NCBI GenBank assembly: GCA_965112155.1
Contig: OZ218103.1
Length of the DNA stretch: 64,000 bases
Origin: Podarcis liolepis
Taxonomy: Eukaryota
Reading direction: 5' to 3' (one strand)
Below are positions 34,880-47,162 of this stretch, piece after piece. Numbering within the stretch: position 1 is the stretch's first letter; every line of letters begins with the position of its first letter. The notes beneath the pieces are model-generated. The model saw nothing but the letters and a program-made list of their open reading frames with translations, made no database searches and was not told the origin of the DNA. The position numbers and the translations under genes were made by a program.

Positions 34880-37504
34880 GGTACACAGCGGACGGCATAA
34901 CTGGTGCATCTGGGAGACCACTGAGGGGCATAAGGAAAGAGGCTACGTCTAAGCCATTTAGGCTTTTATAAAGCAAAGCAGGATCCTAAATTGTACCCTG
35001 AAAACAAGTATGGACGTATTGTAAACATTTAGCACACTAGTTTTCATCAATCTGTTCGTGTCAAGAGTCTGACCACAATGCATTCTATACAAATTGAAGC
35101 TTAGGAAGAGACTTCCAGGGCAGGTTGACATCAATTGTGTATCCCCAATGAAATTTCTTCTTGTCCCGAAATATGAAATCAATGAGTTTTAAGTGCACCT
35201 AACTCTGTAATGGATTGTAGCCAATGTGCAAGCAGAGTCCATCTGTACTCAGAGAGAGTTTGCTTACAAGTTTAGCACTGTTTCTCCCCACCCCCACCTC
35301 CACCCCCATTTGGTATCTGGTTGCATCCATTTTTGGTGACTCACAGTAAGGATCAGTATTTTAGAAGTATACATGTTCATACAACTGCCTTACAGGGTTA
35401 GGGAACCTCTGACTTGCCAAATATTGATGAAATCCAGAAGCTAGATTTCAGTTCCCATCATCCTTGACCCCTGGCTGTGTTGGCTGGGGCTGATGGGAGT
35501 TGAAGTTCAGCAACATCTGGAGGACCTTCTGTGATCCAGTAGCTGGGTTTATGCGTGACATCTTTTTAAATACAAAGATCCCTGTCTACCTTTTCTGCAT
35601 AACTGATAGGAAGGATCTTAGTGTTTCTTTTGTTGTTTTCCAGAAAGGTTCTGCATATTTAGTCCTACCCTGCTTAGCTACATGCTCCACACTTGATTGG
35701 ATTAAGCACTTTTGTTTTTGCTGATTTTTGCCATACCAAATAAAAATGTGCCTCTTTAGAAATACAGTATCGCTCCACGAAAAAAGTATATTGCAGGCAA
35801 GCCGTGTTCTTGTTCCCACAATTGACCTTGTTCCAGAGGAGATACCTTTCCCATTTCTGTTTAAACCTGTTACTTCAGCAGAAAAGGGATTGAATTTTAA
35901 ATGGGATGAATTTCCAGGAGTCCATTGCACACCAGTCAACATCTCTTGATAAGTTTATTCACGTTAATATAATGTTTTGTGAATCCTGAATTCCTCTTGG
36001 GCTCACCAGCGACCCAGCACAGAGAACTGTCACTGGTTCTCTAGTGTGATTCACAGGTAAGGTTTATTATGAATGGCCTCCAGCTATCCCCTATTGAATT
36101 TGCCATTTTATTTTCATTTGAAAATATGGGAGGGGGGAGTTGTTTGAGCTGGGCTGCTTTAAAAGACAGTTTCAAGGGATGGAATGAGAAACAGTTGAAA
36201 CCTCAGAGAAAATTGCACTGCTAATCATATTTCCATAAGCAGCCCTCTGTAGCATTACAGTCACACAGTATATTTCTAATTTGGTTTATATGAGCTACAG
36301 TTTAGGTTGAAGAAAATTGGTTTCCTTTTCATAATGTCATGTTTCTCATTTCCTTTCTGAATTTCAGGCTGTTTCAATCTCTTATCAGCCTTTAAATCAC
36401 TCGAAAACATACTCCGTAATTAAAATGCAACAAATCCTCATGAATCAATTTAAGTTTTTTTGATTTGTTCTAAAACACATTTAAGTGAAAGCCGAAAGCC
36501 TGTTAAAATGTGATATAATGAACATGAATACAAATGCAGGAGGGGGAGGAAATGAGCGTGTGGCAGGAAGGAGAAGCTGGGTGTGCAAAGCAAGGGGAAA
36601 TTGCAGATGGGACTGTGTGCTGATGGAGGGCTAATGCACACTTGTAATATGAGGTACAAAGTGTAAATGAGACCTTTAAAAATTAACACACCTACCTAAG
36701 AAAGATGTGAAATATGACTATGTGATAATAACTGCTCAATCCTATGGGTCTACTCAGAAGTAAGTCTCACTGATTTCAGTGGGGCTTGCTAACTTTCAGG
36801 CAATCATATGTAGGATTGCTGCGTCAATAGTGCTAAAACTCATGCCATTGATATTTTGTGGAGGGAAAAACTGGAAAATTCAATGATGCACTGCAAAACA
36901 ACAATCCTATTTAATAATTACTTTTGCATCTTAAATGTGCTGCCCAGTTAATTCTTGCTTTATAGCTCTGAGTACCAAGACCAATATTAATTATTCTTTC
37001 ATATTGCAAAGCCTATGAAACCAGCTCTGAATTTTGATCCTATTCTGACGCCCTTCTTCAGTCTCTTCTACTGTTGGAATGTACAGCTGGTTGGCATGGG
37101 AGACAGGACCTTTTCAGTCCTGGCACCCCAAATTTGGAATGTCACCAGGAGAAGTACATGTGTCTCTTTTGCCAAGCTCATTTAGGCAGACAGGGAAAAC
37201 TTTGTTATTCTAGTTGACTTGTTCAGAATATTATTTTTAGAGAATTCATATGCAGAAGCACCAAGAAGAGTTAAGGCAATAGTTTGAGTTCTTAAAGTCA
37301 TGGATTACTCATTTTCTGGTATTTGGTTAAAAAACAACTGATCAACTGCATTTATTTGAGTTTTCCCACTGACCATACTGGGGAACTGCACTGAAATATT
37401 TTTGCGGCAATACTAGGTATGACATTTATTGCATAAACATTTGGAAAAATGTAAACAGGGGGACATTATTGTGACCATAGGACTGGGTGGAGAAATGTTT
37501 AACC

Positions 37505-37639
37505 CAGGCTTCCTCAACCTTGGCTCTCCAGATGTTTTGAGACTACAATTCCCATCATCCCTTACCACTGGTCCTGCTAGCTAGGGATCATGGGAGTTGT
37601 AGGCCAAAAACATCTGGAGGGCTGAGGTTGAGGAATCTG
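37505..37639. mobile_element. hAT-type MITE
   Basis: TIR CAGGCTTCCTCAACCT; perfect TSD GTTTAACC. Confidence 0.93.
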
Positions 37640-37779
37640 GTTTAACCTTTTCACTTCTGCATTGGTCCTGACAAAAAACACTGTCCAGAAAGTGCTATTC
37701 ACCTTAGAAATGGAGCCAACATTGGCACCAATTGACAGATTCCACTGCTGCCGAGAGCCTTATGCAACTGCAATTTGCA

Positions 37780-38110
37780 TCTGGCTCCTCTCAGTTTCTC
37801 ATTTTTCCAATCCTAAATCAGTTTGCGATTTTTTTTTAATCCTCATAAACATTTCCTGGAATTTTACCATGCATTTCTGTGCAAGCAATTTCCTCTAATA
37901 TAATTTCTTAATTTCACCAGTATATGCATTTTTATAGGCACTTGCTGCTAATATACATGTTTTCTGATTGGAAAACTGCCTTGCAACATTCAGAAAAGTG
38001 TAAGTTCCTCAGGATAGCTGTGTTTCAGTTCAGGTATTGTGCTGAGGAGTATAAAGCAAGTAGGTTCACATTAAAAAGAGAGAGGGGGGAAATAACTGAA
38101 TTTCTCCCTC
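37780..38110. mobile_element. Unclassified AT-rich interspersed repeat; second copy at about 47165-47490
   Basis: Shared TCTCATTTTTCCAAT, ATAAACATTT and GCAAGCA(A/G)TTT..C.TAATATAA blocks. Confidence 0.55.
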
Positions 38111-38599
38111 AGTCCTTTCACATAAATGACTGTTTACACACTGGAAACAGACCTGTCTGAAATAATTGTCCTGCGTGTGCTTATTTTCTACTCGTGTACA
38201 TAATTGTGTAGAGCAAAGGGGATCAACATTTCATACCATGTGGGTCGAAAGAGTACTTCAACACAGAACCCACAGGCCGCATACAGCCTTGGGAGGGATG
38301 AGTGAGCCCAAAATTTGATGCCCCCCAGCCCTCATGCTGCCTTTCCAAAACTGGATAAGCCAGGTGCTGAGCTTTTTTTTGGGGGGGGAGGTGCAAGGCT
38401 CTGGAAGAGTCCTAGACCCCTCTCACCTTCTTCCCAAACCTGGGAAGAGCCTAGCTAGTCTTTGGGAAGAAGGGGGAGGACTCTAGGACCCTGTCAGAGC
38501 ATTCACACCTCCTTCCCAAAGCCCACCTAATCACAGCTACTTATGGATGAATGATGGTTTATTTACCAAATGGTATTTTAAATATCCTGGCAGTGGGGA

Positions 38600-39073
38600 A
38601 ACATCACCTTGCCAACAAAGGTCCGTATAGTTAAAGCCATGGTTTTCCCAGTAGTGATGTATGGAAGTGAGAGCTGGACCATAAAGAAGGCTGATCGCCA
38701 AAGAATTGATGCTTTTGAATTATGGTGCTGGAGGAGACTCTTGAGAGTCCCATGGACTGCAAGAAGATCAAACCTCTCCATTCTGAAGGAAATCAGCCCT
38801 GAGTGCTCACTGGAAGGACAGATCGTGAAGCTGAGGCTCCAATACATTGGCCACCTCATGAGAAGAGAAGACTCCCTGGAAAAGACCCTGATGTTGGGAA
38901 AGATTGAGGGCACAAGAAGAAGGGGACGACAGAGGACGAGATGGTTGGAAAGTGTTCTTGAAGCTACAAACATGAGTCTGACCAAACTGCGGGAGGCAGT
39001 GGAAGACAGGAGTGCCTGGCGTGCTCTGGTCCATGGGGTCACAAAGAGTCGGACACGACTAATGACTAAACAA
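38600..39073 (+). mobile_element. Bov-B (RTE) LINE 3' fragment
   Basis: ORF 38609-39103 PTKVRIVKAMVFPVVMYGSESWT...WRALVHGVTKSRTRL is the canonical Bov-B C-terminus. Confidence 0.95.
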
Positions 39074-39219
39074 GTAACTGAAATAATCCTCTACATTTGG
39101 TGACAGCCTTAGTGTGATAACAGAGTGGGTCTTGTACAAATTGGTGACAGAGTTGGTGGGGTGATATAACTCCTCTATAGCTTTCATGGGACCACTGTGG
39201 GAAACCTGTAAGAACATTA

Positions 39220-39445
39220 CGGTGGTACCTCGGGTTAAGTGCTTAATTCGTTCTGGAGGTCCGTTCTTAACCTGAAACTGCTCTTAACCTGAAGCACCAC
39301 TTTAGTTAATGGGGCCTCCTGCTGCCACCGTGCAGCCGGAGCATGATTTCTGTTCTCATCCTGAAGCAAAGTTCTTCACCTGAAGCACTATTTCTGGGTT
39401 AGCGGAGTCTGTAACCTGAAGTGTATGTAACCCGAAGTACCATTG
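39220..39445. mobile_element. Tc1/mariner-type MITE, same family as 15557, opposite orientation
   Basis: Reverse-complement match; TIRs; 5' TA. Confidence 0.88.
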
Positions 39446-40282
39446 TTATACTTTTTTTAAAACATGAGATTTTAATTTTTTGCTTAAAAATGAGAAATTT
39501 GGGGGAGAGGAGTCTTAGGGACACACACAAAACCTATTGAGGGTCTCTATTTGTTGGTGCTGTACCTGTGTGGTGAAGGTACTTGCTCGTGAAGTTAAAG
39601 ATAAATAAAATAATGTCACTTCCATTCACCAACCAGTGGCTTTTCCACTTCCAGATTAACTGTTTCCATAAACCAATTTGGCAATAAAACCTAGAGGTCT
39701 TCATCTTTACTTTAAAAGAAAACCACAAATGCTGAAAAGCAGGCATAAACGTTGAGCAGATGTGGGAGAGAAGTTTAACTGGAAAGCAAACAAGGAACCT
39801 TTTAAAATATTTCTATTAGGCTGTGATATAAGCTTGGCCTCAGAGTCCTGTCTCCCATACCCACCCCTCAAATTCCCAATCACCAGAAGTTGACAGAAGC
39901 TGCCTACAAAATCCCCCTGCTTCTCTGATCAGCTAGACAGTAGATAAATGCTCCATGGTGAACTCAGTTAAGGAGCTTACGCATACATTTACGCTTAATT
40001 GTCAGCAGTTTTGATACTTCAGACAAAAACCCCCCCACGACACTGGCTTCCCCCCTTTCCAGCTTAGCCCTTCCACCTGCAGTGTGAGAAGCTTTAAAAT
40101 GTGGTTTTGGCTGACTTAAATTAAAAAGCCTGCCTTTTGTAAATGTGCACATGAATGGCAAACCAACAGCCAGCTGACATGGTGTTTTTTGATGCTCCAT
40201 TTTCCTCAACTGGCACAAAGTTGAAGGCAGCTTAATGCCCGCCCTTATTCTCTCGCTCACCCACGGTTTCAGGTATAATGGT

Positions 40283-40532
40283 TGTTATGTACTGAAGTTC
40301 TCACCCTGGGGCAACAGGGGCAAACTGTAGATAGTTTTCACTCAGGTCCACATATGCAAATAAGGAACAGTGATTGGATAGTTACAGAAAGTTGTTACTG
40401 TTGCTTTGTAATTGAGCTCTATGTAAGCAGGTTGGCTGAACCCTTCAGCTTAGTTCTGTTCTGGCCTGTGAATAAACAAGAGTTGTTTGAAAAATCACTG
40501 TGTTGTCTGATATGTTCACCCACAACTTAACA
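40283..40532 (+). mobile_element. Short solo LTR (250 bp)
   Basis: TGTTA...TAACA termini; 5-bp TSD ATGG(T/C); octamer ATGCAAAT at 40354, ATTGG at 40373, AATAAA at 40471. Confidence 0.85.
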
Positions 40533-41414
40533 ATGGCTTCATCACACTGCTAAAAAACAAGAAGAAGATGGGGGGGGGATACGAACATTTTGAAGCCATG
40601 GTGAGGCCATTTTGCCTATAGGGGAAATTTCCCTTGGAGGAATCAAGTAAGGAGGTTCACACCAAATTCCCAATCCATTAGATTTTATTTAGTAATGCAT
40701 TACAGGACAGAGTATTAGAATCACAGAATGGTAGAGTTGGAAGGCATCCTGAGAATCATCTAAGTCAACCTCCTGCAATGCAGGAATCTTTCTGCCCAAG
40801 GCCACAAGCCTAAGATTAAGAGTCTCATGCTCTGCCAGCTTGGCAGCAACTTTTTGCCGTTGCCTTCATGCCCTAAAGGGTGCCTTCCAACTTTTTGTGT
40901 TAGTTTAGGTATACCTGATTAATTTTATTAATTTCCAACGCTTACATCCTGCCTTTCCAAAGAAGAATCACGGTGGTTTGCAAATAAGTAACGAAGCAGC
41001 AGTTCCAAAACAGAAACAACCGCAGAGTTTAAAAACGGGAATAACAGAATCCGACTCAAAACAAAGCTCTGTTGAGGTCGATGGGACTTGTTCCCTGGTA
41101 GGAGTGGATTACATCATAAGAACAATATTCAGAAAAGTGATAGAAAGAGAATGAACTAGAACTGATGGATAGGGAGATCCTGGGTACCACAGCTGAAAAG
41201 GCTTTATTTCTCGTGCTCACCTTCCAGGAGCAGCCAGTGGAGCAGGAATATGCTGTTGCTCACCTGGCTTCCCACTGTGGAGGCTGCTACCAGTACCCAA
41301 GAGTGAGATGGGAAGAGCAAGATGGCAGGGAGGTTAATGGGGTGTGGGTGCAGCACCAAAGCTAATCCAATGCTCCTGCCACCGTGCCTCCACCATGCCA
41401 ACCGGCCCTCTCAC

Positions 41415-41940
41415 CATAGCTGTCAATTTACAGATTTGAAAATAAGGGACCAGCAGCCTCGAAAAAAAGGGATCAGCAGCCAAAATAAGGGATTTTCCGG
41501 GCACAGGTATGTTCAACTTCTGAGCCACACCGTGCCAAAGGCAGAAAGCCCAGCCAGCAGCCAAACGAAGCCTCAAGCGGTGGTTCCCACAGTGCAACAA
41601 CCCAGCAAAGGGGATGCAGCAAAGAAAACCACCGTCATCTCTCCGCTGGGAAGTGCTGAGCAAAGGTGAGTCCCCAGGCAACGCGGCCGATTTGATCGGC
41701 ACAAGGCATGCAAGCTCCAACCCCCAGTCGTTCTTAGACTCCTTATTGGGTGAGCAACGCAGCCAAGCAACACAGTTGGAGCCTCCCTCCTCCCTGGCTG
41801 GCAGGGAGGGAGGGAGGGAGAGGAGCTGCTTCCTTTGAAACCCAGGAAATTTAAGGGACATCATCAATAAGGGACAGCAGCGGGACACGGCACTGGGATA
41901 AGGGAGTTTCCCGCCAAATAAGGGACGGTTGACAGCTATG
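41415..41940. mobile_element. hAT-type non-autonomous element
   Basis: TIR CATAGCTGTCAA; TSD CCTCTCA(C/G); AATAAGGGAC subterminal repeats. Confidence 0.9.
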
Positions 41941-44044
41941 CCTCTCAGTTGCTGGTAGTGACTTCTGTGTTGGGGAGCCAGGTAAACAATGCTGCTCCAC
42001 GTTGCCAGCAGCTACTGCCACCTTCTACATACCTAACATGGGAGGCATTCAGAGAACATGGGAGCAGAGGAAGCTGCCTTGATCAGGACCCAACATTGGT
42101 GAATGTTGGGTTCTCCTGCATTTCCACTGAATCAGCTGGGGCAGTGTAGTTTCTTCACTATATATCTCCAAATACCTCCTCACTCTTTTTGATTTGGGAG
42201 AAGTATCACACTATGGGATTGCATAGAAACATCAGGAACTGCCTTATATTAAGTCAGACCATTGGTTCATCTACCTCAGATTGTCTGCACTGACTGGAAG
42301 CAGCTCCAAGACCTCCCTGGAGATGTCTGGATGTCTACATGCAGTGAACCATTAGAAGCAAAATCAATCAATCTTGATCTTTTATGGCAACTGGCCCCCA
42401 ACGCTTTATGCACTCTAGAATAACTGTTTTTTAAATAAATACTCTTTGACAATCATTATCACTTTGGTCATCATGTTCTTTGGTAAGGGCTGGTAATTGG
42501 TAGCTTTTAATGTCAAGCAAGCCTTGGTATGCAGGCCTGCTAAACTAAGTAACTAAAGAGCACGGCTTTTTAGATTTGATTGCTATTACCAGTGAACCTC
42601 ACAAAAACAATTGGCTTGTATATCTCCCTTTTTTCCCCGAGAAAGGAAATGAACAAGAAACATAAGTGTCCCCTAATTATTATAATTATTTCAGCTGGAT
42701 GTTTAATTACTTGCCTAATGAGCCAGAAGTACAGTAATAGGCAGGTGAAGCTCAGCTTAAATGTCCTTTTTATTTTTTGCATTTTAAAAGTAGGTCCTGT
42801 ACAAAGAAAAGGGAAATTGATTGGGCTTATAAGCTTCAGACTTTAAGGGTCGCATGCTTGATCTCTCATCACTTGTGGACTTGTTACTCTTACCTGATTT
42901 TGTGAATTAGTCCATTGAAACTACTCACATTTTAACCAACATCTGATGATATAAAGTTCTGCCTTGTGTCTGATCTGTGATTGATGTTTCAGACCTCATC
43001 AGCCAAACGAGGTTGACAAAAGGCACCCCTTTTAAGTGCTGTGTGGGCAGAACTACAGGAGCAGTGTGGAGGGTGCCAGCTCAGCAGACAGAATCATTTT
43101 TCCAATTCATGGATGAGTTATGCCTCATGCAAGGACATGATGACCAATAAAATGAAATAATAATAATGGGAGAGTTGTTTGTGATGGCAGAAGGTTGCTT
43201 TGCTTTGTGCAGCTCCTATATAAAACTATCTTTCCCCTGTCTAAATAAAAGTATGGAAGTCGTCAACGCTGTCAGGCAAGCACCTGCCGCAAGCGCTGGA
43301 ATTCCTGAGAGAACAATAAAAGGCTTTTTCGAAAGTGCTGGTAACACAGAAATGTTTTGGTGCCTCTAGTGATGAATGTGTAATATCTGGATTCCCAAGT
43401 GTTTAGAATGAGACTGTATCCAATGGGAATAAATGATAATGAAATGGTTTTGCCCATGTGGCCCGAGCGCATTTTTCAAAGAGTCCTATGATGTTTTGGG
43501 TTGTGCTGAATTTGCACCAATTCGTTGCTTTGCACAATGGCATGTGTTGGGTAGTGCAAAAGATGTGAAAGCCCAGGAAGCAATGGGGAAATCTGCAGTG
43601 GAAAGTCCCCGCCCCCAAGTTCCGGGATGCCACATGCCTGTGGTGGGTGGAGCCAGAGGAAACAGTGGGAAGGGCCATGAGTGCCAATTTCAGCTTTGTG
43701 CAATAGGTTAGTTTATACACATGCTCATATATGCTCTCTGTCTTTGATTCATTCAGTCAGTCAAGCAAGAGGCATGATCAGAGTTTAGGGGCTTATTTCA
43801 GCCAGACAAAAATACAAGGAGGGTGCAAAGCGGCAGGCAAGCTGTGGGGGCTGGGGAGAATGGGTGTTGCAGGAGAGCGGGGTGCTGTGGGGACAGTCCT
43901 AGGGGGACACATAGAGAGGTTTGGAGGGCTGATTTGGCCCCAATCCTGAGGTTCCACACCCCTAGTTTAGGTGAAGAGAGACAGCTTTTCCTTGTGCCCC
44001 CAAACCTCCCTATGAGAAGACCCCCATCCCTCAGTGTCCCAAAC

Positions 44045-44252
44045 ACAGGGCCTTCTCGGCAGTGACACCCTCCCTGTGGAATGCCCTCCCATCAAGTGTC
44101 AAGGAGATAAAGAACTACACATCTTATAAGACATCTGAACGCAGCCCTGTATTTTTTGTTTTTTGTTTTTAATGTTTTTCATTTTATTATGTGCTGGAAG
44201 CCACCAAGAATGGCTGGGGCAAACCAGCCAGAGGGGTGTATAAATAATAAAA

Positions 44253-44293
<41 letters not shown>
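44045..44293 (+). mobile_element. L2 LINE 3' end with (TTA)n tail
   Basis: TGTGGAATGCCCTCCC (LWNALP), 3' stem-loop region and microsatellite tail. Confidence 0.8.
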
Positions 44294-44295
<2 letters not shown>

Positions 44296-46907
44296 CTATT
44301 TCTCCTTTAACCTATTGGTGTTGCTCTGTAAAACAAGCTGTTGGTCTCTGCTGCGGCTCCACCAATTCTAGTCTCATGTTCCACTTCTGAAGAGCTGGCA
44401 ACCTTAACAATGAGGTTTTTGTGGTTCTGCACTTATTTGATTAGTTTGCAGGCAGCCTTTTTATTCTCTCAAAAACACCCCTCCTCGTCCATTGTTCTCA
44501 TGCTGTTGTTATTCTGCAACACATTAGGCCATTCACCTTACCATTATTTTTGCAAGTGTCTGAGTTTATTGAAGCTTCCCCGGATTATCAGGTGGGGAGA
44601 TAATAAAGAGAGCTGGCCTCTGCAGGTAGGGAAATAGGTGTGTTAAAAATGACTCTAGCATTGACACACACACACAAGCATTAACTCTGTTGGGATTTAT
44701 CCCTCCACCAAACCTAATGAAAAAGGAATTAGAAAGCCTCTGTGGGGTGGGGGAATAAACATCCTCAAACTAAATTAAAGCAACAAGTTCTAGTTAATGT
44801 ACAAGCTTAGCTGACCAATTCCAAATGCATTTTCTGAATCCATTTCAAATGCACATAATTAAATATTGCATTTTATCTTTATTACCCTTGCCTCTGCAGA
44901 GAGAAGACCAGCGGCTCATGTGGAAAAGCTTCAGCCAACAGAAGAAAAGCAATATATAGGCTGCCATCTCACAAAACTCCCACCCACCTTGACTTTATCA
45001 GGCTAGTAATTAAGAAATAATTGGAAAGATATTAATAGTTATAAGCACATCATTATCACCACCATCGATTGGGTGTAGCTGAAGTCCCTGTCAGAACCTG
45101 AGAAATGGATTGTCCCTCTTTTTTTTTGGGGGGGGGAGGGTGTGTGTGGCAGAAATATAATTGGAATTATAGCTTTTTATTGCTTGCTTGCTACAGATTA
45201 TTTATTGCTATACACCCCTAGATGGGAGCGGAAGATTAAAATATCAACTAAACTTTAAAATGCACAAACTAAAGGGAAATAAAAATCACCATTGCATTCA
45301 GTTTTTGGTAGAAAAGTTATTTTTTAAAAAATAAATAAATAAGCAAACACAACTGCTTTAGAAAAGGACAGGACATTTATTAAGCAAATTCAAACACTCC
45401 TTTGAGTGACAGATTTTATACTGTGGCAGGGTGGACAAGCAAGGGTGGCATGACTCCCACACCCTGGTAGTAAGAGGAGGCTGAGCACCCTTGTCAACAC
45501 AACTTCCCTGGGGGGATATTTGGCATAGGAGTTACATGGAAGGAGTGATGGAAGGCGGCAGAGCCATGTTGGAGGGAGGAGTGGAGCCATGTCAGAGGGC
45601 AGAGTGGCAGACACTGAGTCAAGAGGAGGGAAGAGAAGGGCTGCAAGTTGCCAGGTCAGACCAGGGGCTATGAGGGTTGAACTCTGGACGGTGAACTGCT
45701 ATTGGAGGGGCAACTCTGCCTGAGTGCACCCCAATCTCCCTCCACAGACCTCGGCACCAAATGCTGACCATGACACGGGGTGAATTGGAAGGGGGAGAAG
45801 AGGAGATGGAGGCAAGAGCGCCCCTGCAGGTTGAAGGTTTAACTGCAGCATGACAACAATCTAGTATCTTTATTATATAGAAAGATATGCCACGTGAGGC
45901 TAAATTTACCTACATTCTAGAAAATCCTATAAAAAATCAAATATTTTATATAGAATAAGTTCTGCAATTGCTCTCTTTCTATATATATGCAAATATGAAC
46001 AATATCATAAATCATTTTGTTGATAAATCCTATGTAGGTAGCACAGTCTTTGCATACCAATAACATTATCCTACAAGGGACTGCCAATGTGGTTAGGGCC
46101 CAGCTCTGCAGCATGGTTTAATTGAACTTGGTCACACAAGTGATGGAAGAGGAAAGTTTGTATTTTTGCAGTCTGTACAGGAGCTAATCTGTGAATCAGC
46201 ACAGATAACAAAAATCTCTTGGTAAATTCCTTTACAAATGTGAAAAAAGCTTTTCTAATAGCATAGTGCAGAAACCCAAGCATTGCCATGAAGCAGGGGC
46301 CATTACAGAGGCTTGTTCTCAACTTTTAAGAGTGACGTACTTATCAGTCTGTGTTTTGGACAGAATTCCATATGCAAATTGCAGCAACATAAATTCTTAG
46401 AGGAGCTAAACTACCCAAGCTGTTTCTTTGCCCTTTTGAGCAAATTTAGAACAAAGTTTGAACTTAATGCGTTTGTCTCTGTGAGTTGCCATGACTGCAA
46501 CAAAGATGTTCTAAATTGGGGAGATTATATAATCATTGAGAATGACTATTTATTCAAGGAGGTTCACTTCACAAAGAGATTCAGCTGTATAATGCAGTAC
46601 ATCGCTAGGCTGCTGCAGCACCCTGGCATTAAGGAACAGTGGTAGGACATTTTATCTTTTAACACAGGCAACAACAGCAATAAGCCTTCTGCAGATCAGT
46701 TGGATGTATGGAAGAAAGAAGAACAATATTATTTTGTTAGGGGAAATGGTTGCAGATAGACAACCAGAGGCAGAACAGGTGCAAGCAGATGGGCAAGGAA
46801 GGACAGTGCACTCTTCCCTTCCCCAATGCACATCTGGATTAAGGGTACTGTCAGATCCATTCATCTCTGGATGTTCTAGAGAACCTCTCTGGAGCGTCTA
46901 TAAATTC

Positions 46908-47162
46908 TAAGAGCAGTGGACTTGTAATCTGGTGAACCGGGTTCTCTTCCCCGCTCCTCCACATGCAGCTGCTGGGTGACCTCAGCCTCACTCACCTCAC
47001 AGCCTCACTCTCAGCCTCACTCACTCACTCACAAGTTTGTCAGCCTCACTCACCTCACAGAGTGTTTGTTGTGGGGGAGGAAGGGGAAGGAGAATGTTAG
47101 CCACTTTGAGACTCCTTCGGGTAGTGATAAAGCGGGATATCAAATCCAAATTCTTCTTCTTC
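46908..47162 (+). mobile_element. Squam3-type SINE, 5'-clipped, with internal CAGCCTCACTCA expansion
   Basis: Colinear with the 56633 copy; (CTT)n tail. Confidence 0.88.

Noticed and set aside
35586-35942. ORF containing EVTGLNRNGKGISS, reminiscent of a fibronectin type III strand
   Set aside because: Lacks the conserved Tyr and Leu-Pro spacing and has no convincing splice sites.
38578-39042. 154-aa minus-strand ORF
   Set aside because: Antisense shadow of the Bov-B ORF.
42935-43025. Minus-strand CUGAUGA-GGUCU-GAAAC minimal hammerhead core
   Set aside because: No stem I can form in register in either type I or type III topology.
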